From: Candidatus Eiseniibacteriota bacterium
GTDB lineage: Bacteria > Eisenbacteria > RBG-16-71-46
Assembly (NCBI GenBank): GCA_044223005.1
Contig: JBGAML010000002.1
Span: 192,001-256,000, forward strand
DNA: 64,000 bases
Direction: 5' to 3'
In this document: piece after piece, positions 30,382 to 39,330 of the stretch
How positions within the stretch are numbered: position 1 is the first letter of the stretch
Layout of the letters: the number at the start of each line of letters is the position of its first letter
Position numbers and translations under genes: made by a program
The notes under the pieces: model-generated
The model's input: the letters and a program-made list of their open reading frames with translations, nothing else
The model's database searches: none
Told to the model about the DNA's origin: nothing

Positions 30382-31515
30382 ATGGCCATCCTCACCCGCA
30401 AGCGACTGCAGGCGCTTCTTCAGAAGTCGTCGGGCCCGTGCCTCTCCATTTACATCCCGACGCATCGGCATCATCCGGAGACCGAGCAGGACCCCATTCG
30501 CTTCAGCAACGCGATCAGGCAAGCCGAGAGGCTCCTATCGGACCGCCACTCGGAAGCGGAGATTCGCGACTTGCTGGACCCCGTGGCGGCGATTGCGAAC
30601 CACGAGTTCTGGCGGCACCAGTCCGACGGGCTGGCCGTGCTGAGGTCGGCCAGTGTGCTCGAGGAGTACCGACTGCCCATTCCAGTTCCCGAGCTCGTGG
30701 TCGTGGCCGACAGCTTCCACGTCAGGCCCTTGATCCGCAGCCTCAATGCAAGCGCGCGGTACTTCGTGCTCGCACTGGACCAGGGTGGCTGTGAGTTGTT
30801 CGAGGGAGCGGCCGATCGCCTCTCGAAGCTCGACGTTCCCGGCATGCCTGGGGGCGCGTCGGAGTTCGGCTCCAGGGAGCGCACGTCCGGCGTCGGCGCA
30901 CACGCGACGAGCCGGGGCGGCGCGACCCGCCGGACCCATTCGGCGGGGGATGCGCGGACTGTCGTCGAGGACGACCTCGAATCGTACTTCCGCGCGGTGG
31001 ACAGGGCAGTGGCCCTCACCCTGCAGCACGAGGGTGCGCCGGTCATTCTCGCCGGCGTCGACAGTCTCGTCCCGACCTACCGGAGGATCAGCCGGCTCCG
31101 CCATCTGGCCGAGGCCACGATCCCGGGCAGCCCTCAGGCGGCGTCCCACGACGCGCTGCAGGCATCAGCCCGCACCGTGGCGAATGCGATTCTCGAGGCA
31201 AACGCGGAGCTTGCGCTCGAGAAGTACTGGCGCGCTGCCGAGCGTGGGCGCGCTTCGGATCTGCTGGAGGACATCGTCCGGCAGGCAAGACGGGGCCGAG
31301 TGCGGCGCCTGTTCCTGGCTCGCGGCGTCCACGTCTGGGGCACGATCGATCCCACTACCGGCCAGGTGCAGCGGACCGACGCGCAGCAGGGCAGCCATGA
31401 CGACGACATCCTCGACGACGTGGCGGAGTCGGTCTACGGCTTTGGCGGTGAAGTCGTGGCAATCCCGCTCATGAAGATGCCCCGCGCCGCCGAGGTGGTC
31501 GCCGAGTTGCGGTGA
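30382..31515 (+). CDS. baeRF-like protein (bacterial archaeo-eukaryotic release factor family 3/7)
   Basis: GPCLSIYIPTHR...QDPIRFSN, FW...DGLAV, VVADSFHVRPL, YFRAVD...PVILAG, GRVRRL...DDILDDVAE..GGEV. Confidence 0.7.
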   Translation: MAILTRKRLQALLQKSSGPCLSIYIPTHRHHPETEQDPIRFSNAIRQAERLLSDRHSEAEIRDLLDPVAAIANHEFWRHQSDGLAVLRSASVLEEYRLPIPVPELVVVADSFHVRPLIRSLNASARYFVLALDQGGCELFEGAADRLSKLDVPGMPGGASEFGSRERTSGVGAHATSRGGATRRTHSAGDARTVVEDDLESYFRAVDRAVALTLQHEGAPVILAGVDSLVPTYRRISRLRHLAEATIPGSPQAASHDALQASARTVANAILEANAELALEKYWRAAERGRASDLLEDIVRQARRGRVRRLFLARGVHVWGTIDPTTGQVQRTDAQQGSHDDDILDDVAESVYGFGGEVVAIPLMKMPRAAEVVAELR

Positions 31516-31544
31516 GAGGCCCATGGCCGCAAAGGAGGTGCAAC

Positions 31545-31814
31545 ATGCCGGTGTCGAGCAAGGCTCTGGGGATGGCGGTGGGGTTGCTCTGGGGCGGAGC
31601 CATCCTGCTGGTCAGCCTGATTCACGCATCCGGATCGTCGTATGGCACGTCATTCCTGCAGGGCATCAGCTCCCTGTACCCGGGCTTTCACGCGTCGGGC
31701 ACACTGGCCGATGCGGCGGTGGGCACGGTCTATGGCCTGGTGGACGGCGCCTTCGGGGGGATGCTTCTAGGGTGGCTGTACAACCGGTTCCTCGGTCGGC
31801 AGGGAAGGGCGTAG
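31545..31814 (+). CDS. small membrane protein
   Basis: AAGGAGGT RBS; SSLYPGF...GTVYGLVDGAFGGMLLGWLYN. Confidence 0.75.
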   Translation: MPVSSKALGMAVGLLWGGAILLVSLIHASGSSYGTSFLQGISSLYPGFHASGTLADAAVGTVYGLVDGAFGGMLLGWLYNRFLGRQGRA

Positions 31815-31867
31815 ATTGACGGGAAGTCCACGTCGATGGGTCGTCGGACGCCCTCCCCGGGAGGCTT

Positions 31868-32515
31868 GTGCCGAACCAGACTGCCGGCTCGTTCACGATT
31901 CGCCGCTGGCGGGCGCGACGACTGGCCCTGGTGGCCGCGTTGCTCGCGCTCGCCTCGCCGGTCCTGGCGCAGTCCACGCAGGGCGGGCGCGTGATCTTCT
32001 CCCAGGACTTCTCGCACTCGCACGCAGCCGGAATCCAGTTCGATCGCGATGGCGTCTGGTCCGTGGTGGAAGGCCACCTGCACGCGGTCCTGCCGAACGA
32101 GAGACAGAGGCGGTCCTTCGCCTATCTGGGATCCGAGGACTGGACCGACTACTCGATCGACCTCGACGTCTGCGGGCTTCGCGGAGTCGACAAGGGTGTG
32201 GCGGTTCGGATGCAGAGCGGCAAGGCGGTGGTCGTGGACCTGAGGGGAGTGGGCTATGGCGACGTCGTCATGTATCGCGGCTACTCGAAGCTGGGCCATC
32301 ATGCGGCCGCGAATCCCAATGGGAGCTGGAATCACCTGCGCATCGAGGCGCTGGGGCCCCGCTATCGCGTGTTCGTGAACGGGCAGCTCGCGATCGACTT
32401 CAGCGACCCGCACAACAAGCGGCCGAGGGGCCGGATCGCGCTGGTGGCCTATACCGGCGGTGCGGGGCAGTGCGAAGTGCTCTACGACAACGTGATCGTG
32501 CGGGAACTGCAATGA
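31868..32515 (+). CDS. secreted DUF1080-like (concanavalin-fold) protein
   Basis: signal peptide; WSVVEG, WTDYSIDLD, WNHLRIE...VFVNG, GRIAL...YDNVIVREL. Confidence 0.6.
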   Translation: MPNQTAGSFTIRRWRARRLALVAALLALASPVLAQSTQGGRVIFSQDFSHSHAAGIQFDRDGVWSVVEGHLHAVLPNERQRRSFAYLGSEDWTDYSIDLDVCGLRGVDKGVAVRMQSGKAVVVDLRGVGYGDVVMYRGYSKLGHHAAANPNGSWNHLRIEALGPRYRVFVNGQLAIDFSDPHNKRPRGRIALVAYTGGAGQCEVLYDNVIVRELQ

Positions 32516-32559
32516 GGGCCGCTGCTTCACAGCGTGGTCGGAGAACAGGAGACGCTGGG

Positions 32560-34368
32560 ATGAATCAGAAGCGGATCATGGCTGCATGGCTCGTGGTCCT
32601 CGCGACGACCACGACGGCATTTGCGGCACCCGCGGATTCCTCGCGTCGGACGGCCGTGGCGCGGCTGGACTCGTCGGTGACCGACACGCTTGCGGTGGGG
32701 CTCCTACGCGCCGACTCGGCGGCCGCGCAGCCGATGTCGCGACAGAATGTGGCGCCCGCCGAGACCACCTCGGTCGCTCCCGTGCCCCCGGTGCCGGTAT
32801 TCCTCGGCGGCCGCGAGATCTTCCGCGTGCGAGTCGGGCGCGACGGGCTGGATCCCGGGGCCCGCGCGGCGGCCATCCGGATTCGCCTGACGCAGGCCGT
32901 GACCGATGCGAGCGTGAGTCCCGACTCCGTCCGCCTGATCTCCCAGTCCGACGGCATCCAGGTCCAACTCGGATCGCACTTCCTCTGGCTCATCACCCCC
33001 GGGGATGCCCCGAGCCGGGAGCCCACGGAGCTGGCCGCCGTCCTGGCCAAGTTGCCTCAGCAGATTCGTGAGGGTGTCGAGCGCGAAAGGGTTGCACGGA
33101 AGCCCACGCGGGTGCTGGTCTCGGTCGCGATCACGCTCGTGCTCTCGCTGGTTGCGATCGGGCTGTTCCGCCTGATCCTCGCCGGCAGCAGGCGATGGCG
33201 TGGATGGCTCGGCCGGACGCTGGAGCGCCGGTTGCCCGCGATCCGCATCCGTAGCTTCGAGGTGCTATCCAAGGCGCAGGTGAGCGGGATTCTCGTCGGC
33301 ATTCTCGCCCGCCTCGATGTGGTGGTCGGGCTCGTGCTGCTCTATGGATACCTCGCGGCCGTGTTCTCCCTGTTCCCGTGGACGCAGGGCTGGAGCGCGC
33401 TGCTCCTGGCGTTCGCGGTCCAGCAGACGGTCAAGATCGTCCGAACTGTCGCCTCAGGCGTGCCTGGCCTGTTCGCCGTGGCGCTCATCGTCGTGCTCTT
33501 CCGCTGGCTGAACGGCCTCGCCGGGCGGTTCTTCGACGCGATCGGCGACGGCAGCCTCGTGCTCGGCAGCTTCCACCCCGAGCTTGCCGCGCCCAGCCGC
33601 AGGCTGGTCGGCATCATGCTCTGGCTGGTGGCGATCATGGTCGCCTATCCCTACGTCCCGGGCAGCGGCACGCGCGCGGTTCAGGGCGTGTCCCTGCTCT
33701 TCGGACTGGTCATCTCTCTTGGCTCGACCGGGATCATCGGCAACATGATCGCGGGCATCGTGCTGACGTACTCGCGATCGTTCAACGTCGGGGATCGGGT
33801 GCGCATCGGCGATCACGTCGGGGATGTCGTGCGCCTCGGGTTCTTCGCCACGAAGCTCCGCTCGCTCCGCAATGAGGAGATCACCATCCCGAACGGCCAG
33901 GTCGCGGGTACGGCCATCCTCAACTACACCCGGCTGGCCGAGGAGTCCGGCCTCATCCTGCATACACAGGTCACGATCGGCTACGACGTGGACTGGCGCA
34001 AAGTGCACGCGCTGCTCGTCGAGGCCGCGCTGCGCGTGAACGGCGTGGAAAGAGAACCGGCCCCGTGGGTGCTTCAGCGCTCGTTGAACGACTACTACCC
34101 GACCTACGAACTCTGCTGCGTGACGCGGGACTCACACGCGCAACTGCGGCTGTACTCGGACCTGCATGCCGAGATCCAGGATGCCTTCAGTCGCGCGGGG
34201 GTCGAGATCCTCTCGCCGGCGTACCACGCGATCCGCGACGCGAACGCCCAGGTGCTGCCGCAGGAACCCGCGGGGCCGCGCGAGGCGCCCGGGGCGTTCA
34301 GGGTGGAAGGCCCCGAAGGAGGATCGTCGTCGGCGAGTCGTGGCGGCGAAGGGAGTCCGCGACGTTGA
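32560..34368 (+). CDS. MscS family channel with N-terminal periplasmic extension
   Basis: YPYVPGSG..AVQGVS..ISLGS..GNMIAG..YSRSFNVGDRVRIG; IQDAFSRAGVEILSPAY. Confidence 0.88.
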   Translation: MNQKRIMAAWLVVLATTTTAFAAPADSSRRTAVARLDSSVTDTLAVGLLRADSAAAQPMSRQNVAPAETTSVAPVPPVPVFLGGREIFRVRVGRDGLDPGARAAAIRIRLTQAVTDASVSPDSVRLISQSDGIQVQLGSHFLWLITPGDAPSREPTELAAVLAKLPQQIREGVERERVARKPTRVLVSVAITLVLSLVAIGLFRLILAGSRRWRGWLGRTLERRLPAIRIRSFEVLSKAQVSGILVGILARLDVVVGLVLLYGYLAAVFSLFPWTQGWSALLLAFAVQQTVKIVRTVASGVPGLFAVALIVVLFRWLNGLAGRFFDAIGDGSLVLGSFHPELAAPSRRLVGIMLWLVAIMVAYPYVPGSGTRAVQGVSLLFGLVISLGSTGIIGNMIAGIVLTYSRSFNVGDRVRIGDHVGDVVRLGFFATKLRSLRNEEITIPNGQVAGTAILNYTRLAEESGLILHTQVTIGYDVDWRKVHALLVEAALRVNGVEREPAPWVLQRSLNDYYPTYELCCVTRDSHAQLRLYSDLHAEIQDAFSRAGVEILSPAYHAIRDANAQVLPQEPAGPREAPGAFRVEGPEGGSSSASRGGEGSPRR

Positions 34369-34805
34369 CGGCGCACTTCTGGTCATACGCTCTGGCCATT
34401 CCCGCCTGGAGCGGCGCGGCGCCCAGTCCCACCCGCACGGCGGCGCACTCGCCCTGGCCGGGACGCCCTGGCGGGGTCGATCGCATCGTCACGGCCGGAG
34501 CGGCGGTCGCGAGCGCTTCTCAGCCCACACTGCTGACGGGGACCATCGTCCACGCGTCGCCCGGCGATTCGTGCGCGGCCGGCGTGGCGAGGTACCTGCT
34601 CGTCACCCGGCACGGACGCGTCCGAATCGGCGCGCACAGGACGAGAGTCGAGCGCCTGCTGGGTCGGTTTGCGGGGAAGTCGATCGCGGTCACGGTTGCA
34701 GGGCACTTCGCATCCGAACTGCGATGCCCTTACCTGGAGGTCGAGGCCGACTGGCCGCGGCAGCCTCGTCCCCAACCGCTGCGAGCGGCCCCGCGAGCAG
34801 CTTGA
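34365..34805 (+). CDS. hypothetical protein
   Basis: TTG overlapping the upstream TGA, preceded by AGGGAG; no family recognised. Confidence 0.35.
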   Translation: MTAHFWSYALAIPAWSGAAPSPTRTAAHSPWPGRPGGVDRIVTAGAAVASASQPTLLTGTIVHASPGDSCAAGVARYLLVTRHGRVRIGAHRTRVERLLGRFAGKSIAVTVAGHFASELRCPYLEVEADWPRQPRPQPLRAAPRAA

Positions 34806-34844
34806 GCCCGGCGCAACGCCCGTGCGCGAAAGGCGTCGCTCGAC

Positions 34845-36044
34845 TCAGCGCCCGGAACTCCGGCCATCGGTTTCGGACTGTTCCAGCGGTGGTGCGTGGG
34901 GCTCCTGGTACTCGGGGAGCGGCCGACGGAAGAACACGGCGGGCAAGACGGTCGTGGCGAGCGTGTACAGGATGACTCCGCCGAAGAGCGCCGGGGAGGC
35001 GGAGAACCGGTCGCGCAGGATCTCCGCGATCACGAGGCCGAATACCAGCGTTGGGAGCATGGCCACCGCGATCCGCACGCTCTTGCGCCCTCCCTCGCGC
35101 AGCGCCAGCCGCCGGTGCAGCATGACGGTGCCCAGCCGCAGCGGGGCGATCACGGCGAGAAAGCCCAGGCCGTAGCCCAGCGAGCCGAGGTCGAGGTCTT
35201 CGCGCCGGAGCTGGAGGCCGGCGTTGAAGAAGTAGAACGGCACGAAGAACGAAGCGAACATCTCGACCGCGTGGATCAACTGCTCCGAAGCGAGCGCGGG
35301 CAACCGCTCGCGGAACCGCTGCGCCGTCATGCCGACGACGAACGCCCCCACGAGGTAGTACACGCCCAGCTCCCGCGTCGCGAAAGCGCACAGCACCGCG
35401 ATCATGAGCAGGAACGCGAACTCCGAGCGCGGCGCGAACGGCACCACGAGCGCGGCGAACGCCCGGAACACGAGCGGCAGGAGCAGGATCATGCCCACGA
35501 GCACCGCCAGCGAGATGCCCATGCGCTCGAACGACGTGGATTGCAGGGCGCCGAAGAGCACCAGCAGCGCGAGCAGCTCGGTGGCGATGGCCTTCGACTT
35601 GATCCACCGCTTCTCCTCGGGAGCCAGGCCCAGCTGCCCGATCGAGTCGAGGATGAAGCCCGTCGACGGCGTGAGCAGCGCCAGCGCAAGAAGGGTCGCG
35701 GCACGGCCCTCGAGGTGGAGGAACCTCCCGAGCGCGAAGGCCACGGCTGCCAGAAGCAGCGTTCGGACAGCGAGGTGCTGGAGTAGCACCCCCGCATTGC
35801 CCCGGAGGTCGCGCGTGTCGACCTCGAGCCCCGCGAAGAGGAACAGCGCCACGATGCCGAATGCCGAGAGCAGGTGCAGAGTCGTGTCGTGCTGGAACAA
35901 CCCGAACCCGAGACCCGCAGCCGCCCCGAGAGCCAGGCTCGTGATAGCAGCAGGAACGGCGAAGCGTTGGAGCGCGCGGGGCACGACGAAGAGTGCGAAC
36001 AGGACGCCGATGTACCACAGCTCGGGCGACAGGTGAGCATTCAT
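34845..36044 (-). CDS. cation:proton antiporter, CPA2-like
   Basis: multiple TM helices; FGIVALFLFAGLEVD, LVGAFVVG, FFVPFYFFNAG. Confidence 0.8.
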   Translation of the reverse strand: MNAHLSPELWYIGVLFALFVVPRALQRFAVPAAITSLALGAAAGLGFGLFQHDTTLHLLSAFGIVALFLFAGLEVDTRDLRGNAGVLLQHLAVRTLLLAAVAFALGRFLHLEGRAATLLALALLTPSTGFILDSIGQLGLAPEEKRWIKSKAIATELLALLVLFGALQSTSFERMGISLAVLVGMILLLPLVFRAFAALVVPFAPRSEFAFLLMIAVLCAFATRELGVYYLVGAFVVGMTAQRFRERLPALASEQLIHAVEMFASFFVPFYFFNAGLQLRREDLDLGSLGYGLGFLAVIAPLRLGTVMLHRRLALREGGRKSVRIAVAMLPTLVFGLVIAEILRDRFSASPALFGGVILYTLATTVLPAVFFRRPLPEYQEPHAPPLEQSETDGRSSGR

Positions 36045-36078
36045 GCGGGCCTCGGGCCACCGGCGCGTGTCGGCAAGT

Positions 36079-36942
36079 TCACTGCGAGACCGGAACGGTT
36101 TCAGCTGCGTGCTTGATCAGCAGTACCTCGTTGCCGGACTCGTTGTAGATGATCTCGTCGACGAGTTGCCGAGTCATGAGGATCCCGAATCCTCCGGGTC
36201 GCATGCCCTGCGCGACGCGTACCTCCACGTGCGCGAGCGGGTCCTCCGGCTGGTTGGACACGGCCGCGTGCGGGAGGTTGTCGAACGAGAAACCCGGCCC
36301 CGGGTCACGGAAGTGAAACTGCAGCGCCCTTGCTGTCCGAATCGCGGCCACTTCGACGATCTTGTCGGGATCGAATCCCGCACCGTGCTCCATGGCGTTC
36401 ATCAGGATCTCGCGGAAGGCCAGGATCAATCCCTCGCGTTCCGGGTCGTTCGGGCTCGTGAGGAGGCTGTCGACGAATGCGATCAGCCGCTCAGCCGTCA
36501 GGCGGCGGGCGGCGACCCGGACCGCCAGCCAGTGCGGAGAGGAGGAGACGACCGAAATCCCGTCACGCCAGTCGCCGGCCGCCGCCGCACGCTGAACCAT
36601 GGCTGCAACCGCCGAAACGTCCAGGGGAGCACGAAAGCAGGCGAAGACGTGCGAGCGGAGCGACGCGATCACGTCTTCCGGCGTGCCTTCGTTCGCGAGC
36701 AGCACGATGCGTGGCCCGAGCTGCAGTGCGCTCAGCCGCCGGACCAGTTCCAGATCCTGGGTGACGCTCGACGTTGGGCTGGTGACGAGTACGTCGTAGA
36801 CGCGCTCACTCACCTGCCGAAGGGCCGCGGTCTGCGAGCCGACTCGTTCGATCTCGAATGGGCCGGCGCCCAGCGCCTCCCGGAGCGCGACGTTCTCATC
36901 GGTCCCGTCCTCGATCAGGAGAATCCGGCTGCTCGAGCTCAT
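36079..36942 (-). CDS. receiver domain fused to RsbW-like anti-sigma HATPase domain
   Basis: RILLIED N-terminus; FREILMNAMEHG, FRDPGPGF, RPGGFGILMTRQLVDEIIYNESGNEVLLIK. Confidence 0.8.
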   Translation of the reverse strand: MSSSSRILLIEDGTDENVALREALGAGPFEIERVGSQTAALRQVSERVYDVLVTSPTSSVTQDLELVRRLSALQLGPRIVLLANEGTPEDVIASLRSHVFACFRAPLDVSAVAAMVQRAAAAGDWRDGISVVSSSPHWLAVRVAARRLTAERLIAFVDSLLTSPNDPEREGLILAFREILMNAMEHGAGFDPDKIVEVAAIRTARALQFHFRDPGPGFSFDNLPHAAVSNQPEDPLAHVEVRVAQGMRPGGFGILMTRQLVDEIIYNESGNEVLLIKHAAETVPVSQ

Positions 36943-37144
36943 GATCAGACCTCCAGAATGTCCTCGAATCCGGAGCGAAGATCCCCGGCAGCAGGCGACG
37001 GTGCTAAGGTCCGGGCCGTTCCACGGGTCGTGCCCTCCCGACGGTGCCCGGACGACCGTAACACGGCCAAGGCGCAACATCGGAGCCCGACCGGCACGGT
37101 GCCGATGGCTGCCTGGGAGATGCCATAGCCGCGAGGTTGCACGC

Positions 37145-37902
37145 ATGCATGAGGCCGCCAGCAACATCCGGATCCGTGAGGTCGAGTCCCCAACCGACCG
37201 CGCTTTGGGCCGTGCGCATGGCTTGCTCAAGCGCACATTTCCCCGGGCCGAGCTCGTGGCGCTTCCGGAGTGGCGCGCGACGCTCCGCGAGCGAGCGGCG
37301 GGGTTGTGGACGGACCTCGACTGGCACCTGCTCATCGCTGAGCGTGGGGGAAAGGTCGTCGGCGCCGCGACGGGCTCCTATGTGGGCAACGTCAATGTCG
37401 GGCTGGTGGCTACGTAGCAGTCCTGCGAGACGCACGCGGCTGCGGAATCGGTGGCTTGTTGCGCCGAGGATTGAAGGCTGCATTCGTCCGGGATGCGCGG
37501 CGCATTCACGCGAGGCCGCTGGATGCACTGATCGGCGAGGTCCACGTCGACAACCCGTGGCTGCCCCACCTCGTTCGCGAGCAGCGAGTGTTGGCCCTGG
37601 ACTTCCCCTACTTTCAACCTTCGCTGCATTCGTCGGAAGAGCCCGTCAGGCTCGTTCTCTACGTTCAGCCCACGCGGGGCAGACGAAGGATGATGCCGGC
37701 CGAGGAGGTTCGACAGCTCGTGTACACGGTGTGGCGCCGCATCTACCGCATCGTGCGCCCGCTCGAGCGGCCCGAGTTCCGCAGGATGCTGCGAGCGCTC
37801 CGGCGCGGGACCCGGGTGTGTGCGCTCACGATGGTCGAACTGGAGGCTCTGCGGGTGCGCGCGGGGAGGCGAAGAGCGAAACGTCAGGCCCGACGAGTCT
37901 AG
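37145..37902 (+). pseudogene. GNAT-family acetyltransferase with a 1-bp frameshift at ~37408
   Basis: restoring one G in GTGGCTAC joins ...NVGLV to GYVAVLRDARGCGIGGLL, the acetyl-CoA-binding motif A. Confidence 0.7.
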
Positions 37903-37936
37903 TCTGCCCCTCGGTAATCCGATCGGGCACGCTGGC

Positions 37937-37954
37937 TGTGTCACTTTTGTGTCA
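37937..37954 (+). repeat. arm-site-like perfect direct repeat TGTGTCA-CTTT-TGTGTCA
   Basis: 11-bp period; starts 144 bp upstream of att copy 4. Confidence 0.65.
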
Positions 37955-38073
37955 GTCCTATCGGGAACCATCGGTTTTCACGAGTTTCGACCGGAACGTC
38001 AATAGCCGCGTATTCAGCCGCTAGCCATCGCATTGCCCGATCCGGACGCATTCACGCCCGAGGCGGTTATCGC

Positions 38074-38119
38074 ATTCAACTTCCAGTGGGCATGGTCGAG
38101 CGGGACGGTGGCGGGGAAG
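38074..38119 (+). repeat. att-like direct repeat copy 4
   Basis: 45/46 identical to 6169-6214; reads FNFQWAWSSGTVAGKSAGASR with stop ending at 38140. Confidence 0.92.
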
Positions 38120-38280
38120 AGTGCGGGGGCGAGCCGTTGAATCGCTCGCGCTGAGCTGAAGTCCGCGACGCTCTTCGCAACCGTTGCCCTTGGGCGTGCG
38201 TAACACTCCGAGCAAGCGTCCATCGCGGCCTGCGCCGCCCGCGACCCCGTCCGGAACGCGATTCGCATCTGGAGTCGACG

Positions 38281-38697
38281 ATGAACTGGAAACTCTCCTT
38301 CATGCTCTCGCTGCTCGGACTCGCGCATGCGATCGTGTTCGTCGCGAGGTACCCGGATCCTGTCTCCGCACTCACGTGGCTCGTGATCTGGGCGGTTTGC
38401 GCGGTCGTCATCGCGCGACGCGCACCGGGCCACCATTTCTGGCACGGATTCGGGGTCGGGCTGCTGAATTGGGTGTGGGTCACGGGCTCGCATGTCGTTC
38501 TGTTCGACACCTACGTGGCGAATCATCCGGGCGAGCTCGCCGCGCGGTGGGCGAGGTCGCTACCCGTACCGCCGGTGATCGGTCCCATCGTCGCCTCGCT
38601 CCGGCACTACGATGCGCCGATTCCGGGCGCCTCCGCCGTCCTCATCGGATTGCTCGCCTGGATCACCTCGAGGTTCATCAGGCCCAGACGGAGCTGA
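38281..38697 (+). CDS. hypothetical membrane protein
   Basis: GGAG RBS, ATG, about four hydrophobic segments. Confidence 0.7.
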   Translation: MNWKLSFMLSLLGLAHAIVFVARYPDPVSALTWLVIWAVCAVVIARRAPGHHFWHGFGVGLLNWVWVTGSHVVLFDTYVANHPGELAARWARSLPVPPVIGPIVASLRHYDAPIPGASAVLIGLLAWITSRFIRPRRS

Positions 38698-38745
38698 CGC
38701 CACGCACCGAATCGCGACGGGGCCTTTCATCGCAATGAGCGTCCG

Positions 38746-39330
38746 CTAGCTCGTCCCGAGCGCCCGGCTCGCCTCTGTCATGAGCCCGTGCGCCGTGACC
38801 TCGGTCATGCCGCCGGCGAGTGTCGTCGACCGGCCGCCGGCCTCCGCGCAGAGCATCCACGACACGAGGCCCGCCTTGTGGCGATTGGCCATCCGGTCGT
38901 TCTGCGCCCCCGCCGCCATGCCGGAGTAGACGGTGCCGGTGTTCGCGATCGTCGCCTCCTGGATATCGGGAATGCCGTTTCGCAGGATCAGCCGGTGGAG
39001 CGACGCGCGAGGAATCTTCGAGCCGTCGGCGCCCTCGATGCCTTCGGGCGAGACCACGAACGTGCCGCCGGGCGAGCGGACCTTGTCGACCTTCGAGGCG
39101 AACCACCGATTGGTCCCGCGGTAGATGAACCGCGCCCCGAATCCCATGATCGCGAGCCGGATCACGAGCCCGAAGAAGCCCATGTCGCGGGTGAACGAGG
39201 CGAAGACCACGAGCACGAAGATGCCGGCGAGCACCGCGGGCGCGCCGCTCGCCTTGGGGGCCGACGCGGGCGTGACCGTGAATCGCACCCGGCCGCCGCC
39301 GAGGTCTTCCTGCCGATAGCTGCTGTCCAT
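38746..39330 (-). CDS. hypothetical 2-TM membrane protein, copy B
   Basis: near-identical to 17987-18571. Confidence 0.8.
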   Translation of the reverse strand: MDSSYRQEDLGGGRVRFTVTPASAPKASGAPAVLAGIFVLVVFASFTRDMGFFGLVIRLAIMGFGARFIYRGTNRWFASKVDKVRSPGGTFVVSPEGIEGADGSKIPRASLHRLILRNGIPDIQEATIANTGTVYSGMAAGAQNDRMANRHKAGLVSWMLCAEAGGRSTTLAGGMTEVTAHGLMTEASRALGTS

